A DNA stretch of 33,198 nucleotides from a virus (Duplodnaviria; Heunggongvirae; Uroviricota; Caudoviricetes). Shown one piece after another: positions 1 to 7,641 of this stretch. Numbering within the stretch: position 1 is the stretch's first letter; every line of letters begins with the position of its first letter. Below the pieces are notes generated by a model. It did no database searches. It was not told the origin of the DNA and saw nothing but the letters and a program-made list of their open reading frames with translations. The DNA lies in the IMG/VR virus record IMGVR_UViG_3300045919_000425, positions 1 through 33,198 of that record; one strand, 5' to 3'. Made by a program: the position numbers and the translations under genes.

Positions 1-64
1 GGTTTCATTTACTATCAAGCATTATCTGGACATTTATTGTGATATTTATCATGAGGTTAGTTGT

Positions 65-301
65 ATGAAATTAACAACTAGGACAGAGGTCAAAACACAC
101 CCATATTTTACGGTTTTAGATTTCATGAATTGTCCTGGTTGTCATTCAGAACAGCGGGCAATATCTCACACTGATAGGAAAGTAGGGAACCTATTAACCT
201 GCTGGAATTGTGGGGTTACCATTAAATTACATCATATGATTCAGTTTGATCATGAGGTGAGCGAATACGAAGCAGAGGTGATTAGTGTTAAAAATCATTA
301 G
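65..301 (+). CDS. small zinc-ribbon protein
   Basis: 78 aa ORF with CPGC and CWNC pairs. Confidence 0.65.
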   Translation: MKLTTRTEVKTHPYFTVLDFMNCPGCHSEQRAISHTDRKVGNLLTCWNCGVTIKLHHMIQFDHEVSEYEAEVISVKNH

Positions 302-608
302 GAAATATATCGAAAAAGGTCACAAGCCAGGAGATACGTTAACTTTACTTACTAGGAATTACTTACTAATATCGCCCACAGGCAAAGTAAGACTTATGAA
401 GCACCCATTACAAGGGGTGCACACTGTGAAAGAGTTGTGGGATCTATATGAAGTTGGAGATCCTATGACTAAAGGCGAATTGCTGGGATTGTGCAAATAT
501 CTTTGTAATTATGGTAATCATAGTTTTACTGTAAGAATGGGTCTTAGATACCCTGATTTAATTGATAAGGAAGAAGGAAAAGCAATTATAAGCAGAGAAC
601 TTTCATAA
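285..608 (+). CDS. hypothetical protein
   Basis: 107 aa ORF overlapping upstream gene, GAGG RBS. Confidence 0.6.
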   Translation: MLKIIRKYIEKGHKPGDTLTLLTRNYLLISPTGKVRLMKHPLQGVHTVKELWDLYEVGDPMTKGELLGLCKYLCNYGNHSFTVRMGLRYPDLIDKEEGKAIISRELS

Positions 609-612
609 GTAG

Positions 613-1224
613 GTGATTATGAAGCACAAGGATTTAATCAAGCTACATAAAGAATCCTTTAGGAGTCTTAAAGGAACATCATTATTCCAGGATGTTGTTA
701 GTTGCTCGGAGTTCAAAAACAGTAAATATCGTAAGCATACTTTTGAGTATGAGGATAAATTAGTGATCATATTCAAAGGAACTGGCAGGCAATATCAATC
801 TGGCAGTTTGTCGGATTCCGAAGAGTTTTGTAATCTGCTTTATTTAGATCCAGAGATAATGCTGAAGCACTCAAAGCCGGTGATATTGGTCGGATATTTC
901 CTAGGAACAGCTCTGGCAACTAAGTATGCTATGGATTTGGTTTTAAACGGCACAGATGTCACAGAAATCATAACATTTGGGTATCCCTTGTCCGATGTAG
1001 GCATATTTAATGACAAGTACCATGACACGCCTAATCATAAGAGAATATTCCGGTACGTTAGCGGCTGTGAATCTGCAACGGAGCATTCTCCTTCTTTCAA
1101 GCACACGACTCTTGATAAGAGATCGCTAAGGAAATCTAAAGTATCTTGCATATTGAATCCATTTCGATGGAAGTCGAGTATTCTTAAGGTGATGCACCCA
1201 ATCAGGAAGAGCTTACTCACTTAG
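613..1224 (+). CDS. class-3 lipase-like alpha/beta hydrolase, catalytic motif degenerate
   Basis: VIIFKGT, ILVGYFLGTALA (cf. GHSLGGALA) and IITFGYP (cf. TFGxP) in lipase_3 order. Confidence 0.65.
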   Translation: MIMKHKDLIKLHKESFRSLKGTSLFQDVVSCSEFKNSKYRKHTFEYEDKLVIIFKGTGRQYQSGSLSDSEEFCNLLYLDPEIMLKHSKPVILVGYFLGTALATKYAMDLVLNGTDVTEIITFGYPLSDVGIFNDKYHDTPNHKRIFRYVSGCESATEHSPSFKHTTLDKRSLRKSKVSCILNPFRWKSSILKVMHPIRKSLLT

Positions 1225-1280
1225 TCTTCCATCTTTTGCTAAGTCATAACGCCAGCAACTACAAAGAAAGTGAGTACATA

Positions 1281-1496
1281 ATGTTGAAAATAAAGCCACC
1301 CTATGGCTCTGTTCCACCAAGTCATAATATTAATGAGTGTGAGCCTAAAAGCACTGTGCAGAAGAATTTAGACGGTAAAATACCTGGTATGTATTTTAAT
1401 GAGGAATCTTTTGATCGTTTTTGTTTGATTGTTAAGGTAGGGTTAATTGCATTACTTCTTTTGTTAATGGGAGTGATCATAGGAATTCTTTTATGA
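1281..1496 (+). CDS. small membrane protein
   Basis: ATG at 1281 preferred over TTG 1236; C-terminal hydrophobic helix. Confidence 0.55.
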   Translation: MLKIKPPYGSVPPSHNINECEPKSTVQKNLDGKIPGMYFNEESFDRFCLIVKVGLIALLLLLMGVIIGILL

Positions 1497-1900
1497 GATT
1501 ATTGATTTTCGGAAGCAGGAGTATTAAGTACACACCCGAACAAGTACATCTTGATGTAGAGTATTTTGCTCAACACATAGGGATATCAAGTGATGAACCA
1601 TTAGAAATCATAAGTGGAGGGGCCGTAGGGATAGATACATATGCGGAACAGTTTGCCGACTCTTGCAAGCTAGCAAGTAAGAAGATCTTTTATCCAGATT
1701 GGGATAAGAACGGTAAAGCGGCAGGAATTATCCGCAACAGGCAGATGGTTGAGTACTGTGATTTCGCTTTAGGATACTGGGACGGAGTAAGCAAAGGAAC
1801 TAAAAGCACTATTGATTTTTTAAGAAAATCAGGGAAGTATTACATTATCAACACAAATGAGTTTAATTGGGAGGTTAAGTGGAAGTTATTAATACCGTAA
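1493..1900 (+). CDS. SLOG-superfamily (DUF2493/YspA-like) protein
   Basis: IFGSR, IISGGAVGIDTYAEQFA, GKAAGIIRNRQMV, WDGVSKGTKSTI motifs. Confidence 0.85.
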   Translation: MRLLIFGSRSIKYTPEQVHLDVEYFAQHIGISSDEPLEIISGGAVGIDTYAEQFADSCKLASKKIFYPDWDKNGKAAGIIRNRQMVEYCDFALGYWDGVSKGTKSTIDFLRKSGKYYIINTNEFNWEVKWKLLIP

Positions 1901-2247
1901 TCGGAGTTTCTTGTCTTTTAGCGGGTATTGCTTTGTTAGCGAGCAGGTTTATTAAGCCAAAGAAAAAGTATGACGTAGTAGTGATACTTCCGACCAAGGA
2001 AGATAGTGATGAGGTGATTTCTATTGGATTTAATTGTCCAGAAAAGTTAACCAAACTAAAGAAAATCGAGGAAACTCTTAAGATATATGATTTAGTATTG
2101 TTCCCTGATGAGATTGAAGATGATGAAGAAAAACGTAAAAAATTTAAGGACGTGAACGAGGCAATAGATATAGAAAAAACCGCAGATCAGGCATTAAGAT
2201 TAGCAATCAAATACTCTAAATTACATAGAAAAACATACAGAAATTAA
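1879..2247 (+). CDS. membrane-anchored hypothetical protein
   Basis: GGAGG RBS, GTG start, N-terminal hydrophobic helix followed by KPKKK. Confidence 0.6.
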   Translation: MEVINTVIGVSCLLAGIALLASRFIKPKKKYDVVVILPTKEDSDEVISIGFNCPEKLTKLKKIEETLKIYDLVLFPDEIEDDEEKRKKFKDVNEAIDIEKTADQALRLAIKYSKLHRKTYRN

Positions 2248-3038
2248 TTTCTGTATGTTAAGAGAGTTTTATAAGGGTTGTTGATGGATAAGCTAAGTAA
2301 AAGACTTTCTATATCCCTACGAGTCACGAGACCTTCAGATAGTACGCCTTTAGAGGTTATGAACGAAGCTTTAATCGCTTTAACCGCCTTACTCAGCCTA
2401 CCATGCTTAATTAAACTAGCCACGTCCGAATTATTAAATCTATCCATTCCAATGTTATAAACAAATGAAACAAGAGCCGCTTTTCCATAGGCAGAAATCC
2501 TGTGATCCATATTATTCTGAATTAGGAAAGTCATAACTGTCTCGTAGTTTGTATTTATTAACTTCCGTTGATTAAGAATCCCTTCGCTTTTTGTTAGGAC
2601 ATCTCCCTTTCTTACTCTCCTAATTTCACCAGAATGCTTATCGTGTATATACGTGTTACCGAATCCTATAGTGTAGGTTCCATATCCATCATCATAAGCT
2701 TTTTCTCGATAATCACCTTCTAAACTCTCAATAATACCATGTGATAAACCGATAATCAGGGCTTTATCGTTTCCTTTCTTTTTCTTAATCTTACTCATAA
2801 TAGCATTTCGTACTTTTATAAGAGCTTCGGACGAAGATTTCTTAGTTGCCCTATTAATTAAGTAGTTTATCTCCAGAATATGTAATGGAACATCGTTCGT
2901 TGTGTTTTGGGATAAGTCGACAGAATCTATCGTTGAGTCTCGATGGAGATTGGGTTCAACCTTCATTCTTACTGAGGTGAAGAAGATACTCGACAAAACA
3001 GCGCACTTAACAACAAAAACACAAGTTTTAACATTCAT
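2244..3038 (-). CDS. GH24 phage lysozyme with N-terminal extension (possible SAR/signal anchor)
   Basis: LEGDYREKAYDDGYGTYTIGFG catalytic region; ALVSFVYNIG; GLVTRRDIE. Confidence 0.85.
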   Translation of the reverse strand: MNVKTCVFVVKCAVLSSIFFTSVRMKVEPNLHRDSTIDSVDLSQNTTNDVPLHILEINYLINRATKKSSSEALIKVRNAIMSKIKKKKGNDKALIIGLSHGIIESLEGDYREKAYDDGYGTYTIGFGNTYIHDKHSGEIRRVRKGDVLTKSEGILNQRKLINTNYETVMTFLIQNNMDHRISAYGKAALVSFVYNIGMDRFNNSDVASLIKHGRLSKAVKAIKASFITSKGVLSEGLVTRRDIESLLLSLSINNPYKTLLTYRN

Positions 3039-3133
3039 CGCACAGCACCGACTTTCTGTCTCAAAAGTGAGACGGTTTTATACCCACCGGGTGGGGTGGG
3101 GGTAGTAAATACCCTATTTTAGGGTAGGGGTGT

Positions 3134-3162
3134 AATATAAGAGATTTAATAAAGGAAGTCAA
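3134..3162 (-). promoter_or_regulatory. sigma70-type promoter facing the lysozyme gene
   Basis: minus strand TTGACT-17 nt-TATATT. Confidence 0.6.
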
Positions 3163-3206
3163 CCGGCAGAATTTGCTTTTTGCGCATGGCCTATTTTTAA
3201 GATTGC

Positions 3207-3406
3207 GTACTAGTATTATGGTACACTAGTGTACTACTGTACTAATGTGCTAGTACCTTAGTGTACTAGCACATTAGTACAGGTAATATTAGTAAATTTA
3301 TATCATTAATCTAGTACATTAGTACAGTATTGTACCTATACCTTAGTGTACTAGTACAAAGGTATAGGTAATATTAGTAAATTTATATCATTAATCTAGT
3401 ACATTA
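3207..3406. repeat. GTAC/CTAG-rich palindrome and direct-repeat array
   Basis: 13 GTAC in 196 bp; 41-bp direct repeat 3281-3321/3366-3406; 20-bp inverted repeat 3237-3256/3263-3282; 12-bp inverted repeat 3333-3344/3359-3370; palindrome 3221-3234. Confidence 0.9.
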
Positions 3407-3425
3407 AGGTTGTAATTGATAAACA

Positions 3426-3475
3426 GCAAAACGCAAAAAAGGCAAGTTTATTTACCTCAGTTTTTTGCGTTTTGC
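3426..3475. repeat. 15-bp inverted repeat
   Basis: GCAAAACGCAAAAAA 3426-3440 / TTTTTTGCGTTTTGC 3461-3475. Confidence 0.85.
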
Positions 3476-3570
3476 CATCATATCCCTTAACTAGTAAGGA
3501 TGTGGCTTATTAAGTTTTAGGTGCGAAACTATCTAATTCTACTAAATCCCCTTTCTTAAATCTCAGATAC

Positions 3571-3599
3571 ATACTGCCATAAAATAAGCCGAAAGTCAA
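3571..3599 (-). promoter_or_regulatory. candidate leftward sigma70 promoter
   Basis: minus strand TTGACT-17-CAGTAT, one mismatch to the phage consensus. Confidence 0.45.
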
Positions 3600-3703
3600 G
3601 CTGCGATCTGAGAATTCCTGTAGGCATTAATGTCAGTTACTTTTTACAAACTAGTACAATTAAATATATTTTCAGCTCCCTATACATAATAGGGATTTTT
3701 TTA

Positions 3704-3733
3704 ATTCGTTCTTTTAACGTTAAAAGAACGAAT
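3704..3733. repeat. perfect 30-bp loopless palindrome
   Basis: ATTCGTTCTTTTAAC|GTTAAAAGAACGAAT. Confidence 0.9.
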
Positions 3734-3807
3734 ATAGGGCTTAAATCAGCAAATACTAACTATTAAGTTGTTGATTGTATTAAATATTTTTTATTTGACA
3801 GACTCAC

Positions 3808-3836
3808 TTGACTTCTAGTTAAGATTAGGATAGTAT
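3808..3836 (+). promoter_or_regulatory. early sigma70 promoter P1
   Basis: TTGACT-tctagttaagattagga-TAGTAT. Confidence 0.85.
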
Positions 3837-3999
3837 TTAAATATGGAAGGGAAACGAAAGAATCCAGTCCATAAGGTTAAAGCTCCCATACCGATAAGTC
3901 TCGGGTTGGGTTAGGCAGTGGGTAACTCCATGGTGCGGCCGGTTGCGGTGAAACAGCTTAAAGCCTTACAATTTAATAGCCTTACTACCATTAGGCGGG

Positions 4000-4114
4000 T
4001 TACGATTTAGATTGTAACGATAAGTAAAATGATTCATTGGAGTACGATCAAGTGGGTTAGTCACCACATGAAATAATACGACGATCCAAAGAATGAAAAC
4101 TTTACTTACTTTAC
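4000..4114 (+). ncRNA. candidate structured leader RNA, family R1 copy A
   Basis: covarying stems shared with 5491-5609 and 8692-8808. Confidence 0.6.
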
Positions 4115-4152
4115 CGTTTAAATAATTCAACAATTTTTAAGGAGATCCCAAG

Positions 4153-4440
4153 ATGACAAATCTATGTAACATCAACGAGCTTTCGAGATTTTCTCAAGTA
4201 TGTGGTTCCAATGAATTTGATAAGTTTGTTAAAGGCTCTCTAGTAGGTTCAAAGGCAATTCAAGTTAAGGATTCCTACTATTTTGCAGTAGCTAATAAGT
4301 CCTTTGAGGGTAAGCTAGCTTGGACTATTCACCAATTAAATAGATTCGGTGATGTGTCGGCTGTTTGCGACAAGAAAAGATTCTCGAGCTTTGAGCGTGC
4401 GGTGCAAGTAATAGAATCAATAGTAAAAAATCTCCCTTGA
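4153..4440 (+). CDS. small early protein, paralog family A
   Basis: AAGGAG RBS; similar to 7292-7600 and 10476-10793. Confidence 0.75.
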   Translation: MTNLCNINELSRFSQVCGSNEFDKFVKGSLVGSKAIQVKDSYYFAVANKSFEGKLAWTIHQLNRFGDVSAVCDKKRFSSFERAVQVIESIVKNLP

Positions 4441-4501
4441 TGTGCCGATAAAGAACGTATTAACTATAACCATACAAATGAATCATTAATCGGAGTTTAA
4501 C

Positions 4502-4747
4502 ATGGTAGCTAAATCAAGTAAAAAAGGTTATTTTGGCGTTATATTAAAGGATAAAAATACTGACGACTTGGATTTTAACGGACTTACAAGCGAGTTTTTA
4601 GCTGATTCGGACAAAGAAGCTTGTGCTGTGGCTCAATACATTCTTGAAAAAAGAAAAGCGGAACTCAAACTATCAAATCAAGTGATTATTGTTTATCAAG
4701 TAAAGAAAGATACTTTTACCGTCGTGATGAAATATTCTTTCGCCTAA
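4502..4747 (+). CDS. hypothetical early protein
   Basis: GGAG RBS, 81 aa. Confidence 0.7.
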   Translation: MVAKSSKKGYFGVILKDKNTDDLDFNGLTSEFLADSDKEACAVAQYILEKRKAELKLSNQVIIVYQVKKDTFTVVMKYSFA

Positions 4748-4795
4748 GTCCACTTAAACTACTTAATACAAAAATAACTTTTAGGAGATATAAGT

Positions 4796-5083
4796 ATGTC
4801 GAAATTTTCGATTCGCTCCACTGCCACTCAATTGGAGAGATGGTTAGATAAGCTAGGAGTAGCGTATAAATCTATCCATGCGGATTATGGTAGCAGGTAT
4901 ATAGATGTGAGATTGCCATACATAGACGAATTCTGTAAGATTCGCATAAGCGACCATATGGCTAGGTACGATTGTGACTTCTCTATTAGCCCATTCGAAT
5001 TAAGTCTTTCTTATGTAAAAAAAGAAGTAAAGAAGCTAATTAAGAAAAATTTCGAGAATCAACTACTAGAGGCACTAGAATAG
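4796..5083 (+). CDS. hypothetical early protein
   Basis: AGGAG RBS, 95 aa. Confidence 0.7.
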   Translation: MSKFSIRSTATQLERWLDKLGVAYKSIHADYGSRYIDVRLPYIDEFCKIRISDHMARYDCDFSISPFELSLSYVKKEVKKLIKKNFENQLLEALE

Positions 5084-5134
5084 TATCGTAAACTTATTAA
5101 TCAATCACATTCCACAAATAAAGGAGTAACTCTT

Positions 5135-5320
5135 ATGAGATTCAAGGCAGGTACGCTAGTTGTAACTGATTACGATATCAAGGCAGGCATAACAACAGGT
5201 ACTATCTACGAGGTGTTAGATTTCGACAACACCGTTGAAGGTAAAGAGTTAATACTTATTGAAGATGACAACGGCCAAAACACTTGGCAGAATCCATACA
5301 AGTTCTACGAGTCAAAATAA
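5135..5320 (+). CDS. small beta-rich (SH3-like) early protein
   Basis: AAGGAG RBS; FKAGTLVV..TTGTIYEV..ILIEDDNG pattern. Confidence 0.6.
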   Translation: MRFKAGTLVVTDYDIKAGITTGTIYEVLDFDNTVEGKELILIEDDNGQNTWQNPYKFYESK

Positions 5321-5333
5321 ATGGTCAAGCTAC

Positions 5334-5362
5334 TTGACTTCTAGTTAAGATTAGGATAGTAT
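5334..5362 (+). promoter_or_regulatory. early sigma70 promoter P2
   Basis: identical -35/spacer/-10 to P1. Confidence 0.85.
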
Positions 5363-5490
5363 TTAAATAGGAGAAGAATACTTCTCCGAGCACCGAGAGG
5401 GTTTAACCGCTAGCGAAACTGAGGTTAAACAAGTAAATGGGACACCGACTATACAGGTGTTGACCTGAACCCAAGAGTACCGGGTAAGTT

Positions 5491-5609
5491 CAATCGAAAG
5501 ATTGCAACGATAAGTAAAATGATTCGATGGAGTAGGCAACTAGTGAGATAAGCGCACTTTACCAAAAAGGAAAGCTTGGCCGAAAGATTAAATACTTTAC
5601 TTACATTGC
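5491..5609 (+). ncRNA. candidate structured leader RNA, family R1 copy B
   Basis: GCAA-CGA-TAAGTAAA ... TTTACTTA-CA-TTGC; GGAGTA/GAAAG internal loop. Confidence 0.6.
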
Positions 5610-5654
5610 TTTTTTAACGACTCTAAACAAAACAATCTTTAAGGAGATTCATAA

Positions 5655-5873
5655 ATGAGACAAAAGCTAACAATATTAGAAACTAGAGAAAAAATTGAAG
5701 AGTTAAACAATTCAATATCCGAGGGTTGGCTAGAGGTTAGCGATCTGTATAAAGAATTAGCCGCCAAACCTAACAGTCAAGATATTAAAGATACAATAGC
5801 ACTTGTTAAAAGCATTACCCGTGAAAATATCAACGAATCCAAAAGACTAGAAAACACACTTGTAAACCTGTAA
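5655..5873 (+). CDS. small coiled-coil early protein
   Basis: AAGGAG RBS, heptad-like pattern. Confidence 0.65.
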   Translation: MRQKLTILETREKIEELNNSISEGWLEVSDLYKELAAKPNSQDIKDTIALVKSITRENINESKRLENTLVNL

Positions 5874-5923
5874 CACAGGAAAAATATTCAAAAAAAATAA
5901 AGTCAAAAACTTTAGTCCACTAC

Positions 5924-5952
5924 TTGACTTCTAGTTAAGATTGTGAGAATAT
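5924..5952 (+). promoter_or_regulatory. early sigma70 promoter P3
   Basis: TTGACT-17-GAATAT with extended -10 TG. Confidence 0.75.
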
Positions 5953-5992
5953 ATGAATAAGGAAGGGAACTTGGAAACCAGGAACTTTCCAA

Positions 5993-6004
5993 GTTATTTG
6001 ACAA
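5993..6004 (+). promoter_or_regulatory. boxA-like element
   Basis: GTTATTTGACAA after a 5' hairpin; identical at 7114-7125 and 8619-8630. Confidence 0.5.
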
Positions 6005-6009
6005 TTTTG

Positions 6010-6073
6010 GGTTTGAATCCTTTAAATAGGATCGGGAGCCTGCTAGTCTGGAATAAGATGGCTAGTTATGATA
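6010..6073 (+). ncRNA. candidate two-hairpin leader RNA, family R2 copy 1
   Basis: covaries with 7131-7191. Confidence 0.5.
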
Positions 6074-6167
6074 CGAACGAAAAGTTTAAAAGCTTTTTGA
6101 TATTAGGTTGAACTTTTCAGTCTAATACAAAGCGTTTTTTAACCAAACAATTTTTAGGAGATAAACA

Positions 6168-6530
6168 ATGACAACTAATCAAATCACTTTCGCTCAAGCT
6201 TACATATTCGCTAAAGAGTTAATTACTCAAAGATGTGAAAACTACGGTTATGACTACAAAGTGTTTCAAAGAATTAGCCGCCAACGCTCCGACGCAAGAA
6301 AAGCGTTCCAACATTTCTTCCACTTCAACCCTGAAACAGTAATACAAAGACTTGCTAACGAATACAGAGTAAGTCTTGAAAGCTGTAAAATCACAGAAAC
6401 ACTTTCAAGCGGCTCTAAGATTGTCAAAGAAGAAATGAGGCTTACTTATACAGTTGGGCAATCTAACAATGAAGAAATTACCAACCTCTTGAGAAGATTA
6501 GTAAACCCAAAAGCTAAATGGGTACAATAA
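6168..6530 (+). CDS. early protein, paralog family B
   Basis: RCENYGY, RISRQRSDAR, YTVGQSNNEEITNLLRRLVN shared with 9112 and 10101. Confidence 0.85.
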   Translation: MTTNQITFAQAYIFAKELITQRCENYGYDYKVFQRISRQRSDARKAFQHFFHFNPETVIQRLANEYRVSLESCKITETLSSGSKIVKEEMRLTYTVGQSNNEEITNLLRRLVNPKAKWVQ

Positions 6531-6541
6531 GAAAGGACGCT

Positions 6542-6727
6542 ATGAGAGTTTACCTTGTATATAGAATGGAAGACGCAAACACTTACTCTTATCATGAGTT
6601 TATATCAGAGCTTCATTGTATAACACTGACCGAGGACAAAGCGATAGAAATAGTTAATGAATTAAACAAGGGGATTAGAAGCCTTGAGCGTGAAGCGTAC
6701 TATAACCCTGAAGACGTAATCGAGTAA
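6542..6727 (+). CDS. hypothetical early protein
   Basis: AAGGA RBS favours ATG 6542 (MRVYLVY...). Confidence 0.65.
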   Translation: MRVYLVYRMEDANTYSYHEFISELHCITLTEDKAIEIVNELNKGIRSLEREAYYNPEDVIE

Positions 6728-6757
6728 CAATAAACAAACATTTAGGGAGACTTAAAA

Positions 6758-7021
6758 ATGACTAAGAAAGGTGTTGAAGTTTCGACCGATTTCTTACTTG
6801 AAAAATTTTACAGTAAAATAAGCAGCTATTTTACTGTTCAAACTCATATCTTGGCAGATGGGACTTGCGAAGAGTTTAACGAGTTAGAACTTTTTAAGTC
6901 CCATGAACAGTTTAAGTCAAAGAGGTATGGGTGGTTTCAGGATTGGCTTAAAGCTCGTTGCAAAACGGGATTATTAAGAAAAGAAGGTAAAAAGCCAAAT
7001 GTAAGGTATTTCGCACTGTAA
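6758..7021 (+). CDS. hypothetical early protein
   Basis: GGGAG RBS, 87 aa. Confidence 0.7.
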   Translation: MTKKGVEVSTDFLLEKFYSKISSYFTVQTHILADGTCEEFNELELFKSHEQFKSKRYGWFQDWLKARCKTGLLRKEGKKPNVRYFAL

Positions 7022-7038
7022 AAATAATGGACCGCAGT

Positions 7039-7125
7039 ACTTGACTTATAGTTAAGATTAGGATAGTATTTAAATATGGAAGGGATAAGAGAACAAAACC
7101 TCAAAATCCCTAAGTTATTTGACAA
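7039..7125 (+). repeat. 87-bp exact direct repeat (promoter P4 + 5' hairpin + boxA-like element), second copy 8544-8630
   Basis: base-by-base identity; TTGACT 7041-7046, TAGTAT 7064-7069. Confidence 0.95.
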
Positions 7126-7130
7126 TTTTG

Positions 7131-7191
7131 AAGCTGTACTCTTAAGAGAGTCGGGGCTTTACTCGGTTGGAAACGATACCGAGTTATGATA
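7131..7191 (+). ncRNA. candidate leader RNA, family R2 copy 2
   Basis: AAGCT/GGCTT, ACTCT/AGAGT and CTCGGT/ACCGAG stems; TTATGATA tail. Confidence 0.5.
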
Positions 7192-7210
7192 AAAAGATTA
7201 CAACCGAGAA

Positions 7211-7265
7211 TAACAAACTTAACTGCTAGGGATATTAACCCTAGAGGATAAGAATGTTTCTTATC
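7211..7265 (+). ncRNA. candidate RNA, family R3 copy 1
   Basis: covaries with 10026-10078. Confidence 0.5.
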
Positions 7266-7291
7266 AGAACGAAATTTTTTAGGAGGTTCCC

Positions 7292-7600
7292 ATGACTACA
7301 GTTCAATCTATCGTATCTATTTCTGAAGTTGTTGAGTATGCTAATGTTTGCGGCTCCGATTTTTTCAAGTCCTCAATGCTTAAAAGTATCGGCTGTGAAA
7401 TTATTAAAGGCTCTGAGGCTTTTCTTGCTAATAATAAGTATTATTTCGTAACATGCGATAAGATTATTGGAGATAAAAAACCAGGCTACACAGTTCGTTG
7501 CTTAAATTCTCTCGGAAACACCAAGACGCTTGGCTCTTACCAACAATTCAAATCATATAACCATGCAATGCGTGTAATTAAAGCCCATCTTTCTAAGTAA
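7292..7600 (+). CDS. small early protein, paralog family A
   Basis: AGGAGG RBS; VCGSDFF, YYFVT, YTVR..NSLG, FKSYNHA. Confidence 0.8.
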   Translation: MTTVQSIVSISEVVEYANVCGSDFFKSSMLKSIGCEIIKGSEAFLANNKYYFVTCDKIIGDKKPGYTVRCLNSLGNTKTLGSYQQFKSYNHAMRVIKAHLSK

Positions 7601-7641
7601 CCTAACAATAAACCATTAAACTTAAACATTTAGGAGATAAC

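Noticed and set aside
840-3105. ORF-track calls 840-1028(-), 1035-1220(-), 2278-2460(+), 2902-3105(+)
   Set aside because: Antisense shadows of better-supported genes, with no RBS.
3281-3406. Repeat-spacer-repeat (41/44/41 bp) as a mini CRISPR array
   Set aside because: Only two units, no CRISPR-like repeat ends, the spacer is itself a GTAC palindrome related to its flanks, and no cas genes are present.
4000-4114. R1 as a T-box riboswitch or pistol ribozyme
   Set aside because: It has AGUA/GAA and a GUGG..CCAC-AAAUA look, but there is no T-box sequence, antiterminator or K-turn, and no downstream complement to the hairpin loop as the pistol pseudoknot requires.
6009-6021. GGGTTTGAATCCT as a tRNA T-arm
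   Set aside because: No acceptor, D or anticodon arms, and the segment is not conserved in the R2 sister copy.
7211-7265. R3 as a twister ribozyme
   Set aside because: UAAC..GC..GAGG resembles it, but the conserved CAAG pseudoknot segment is missing.
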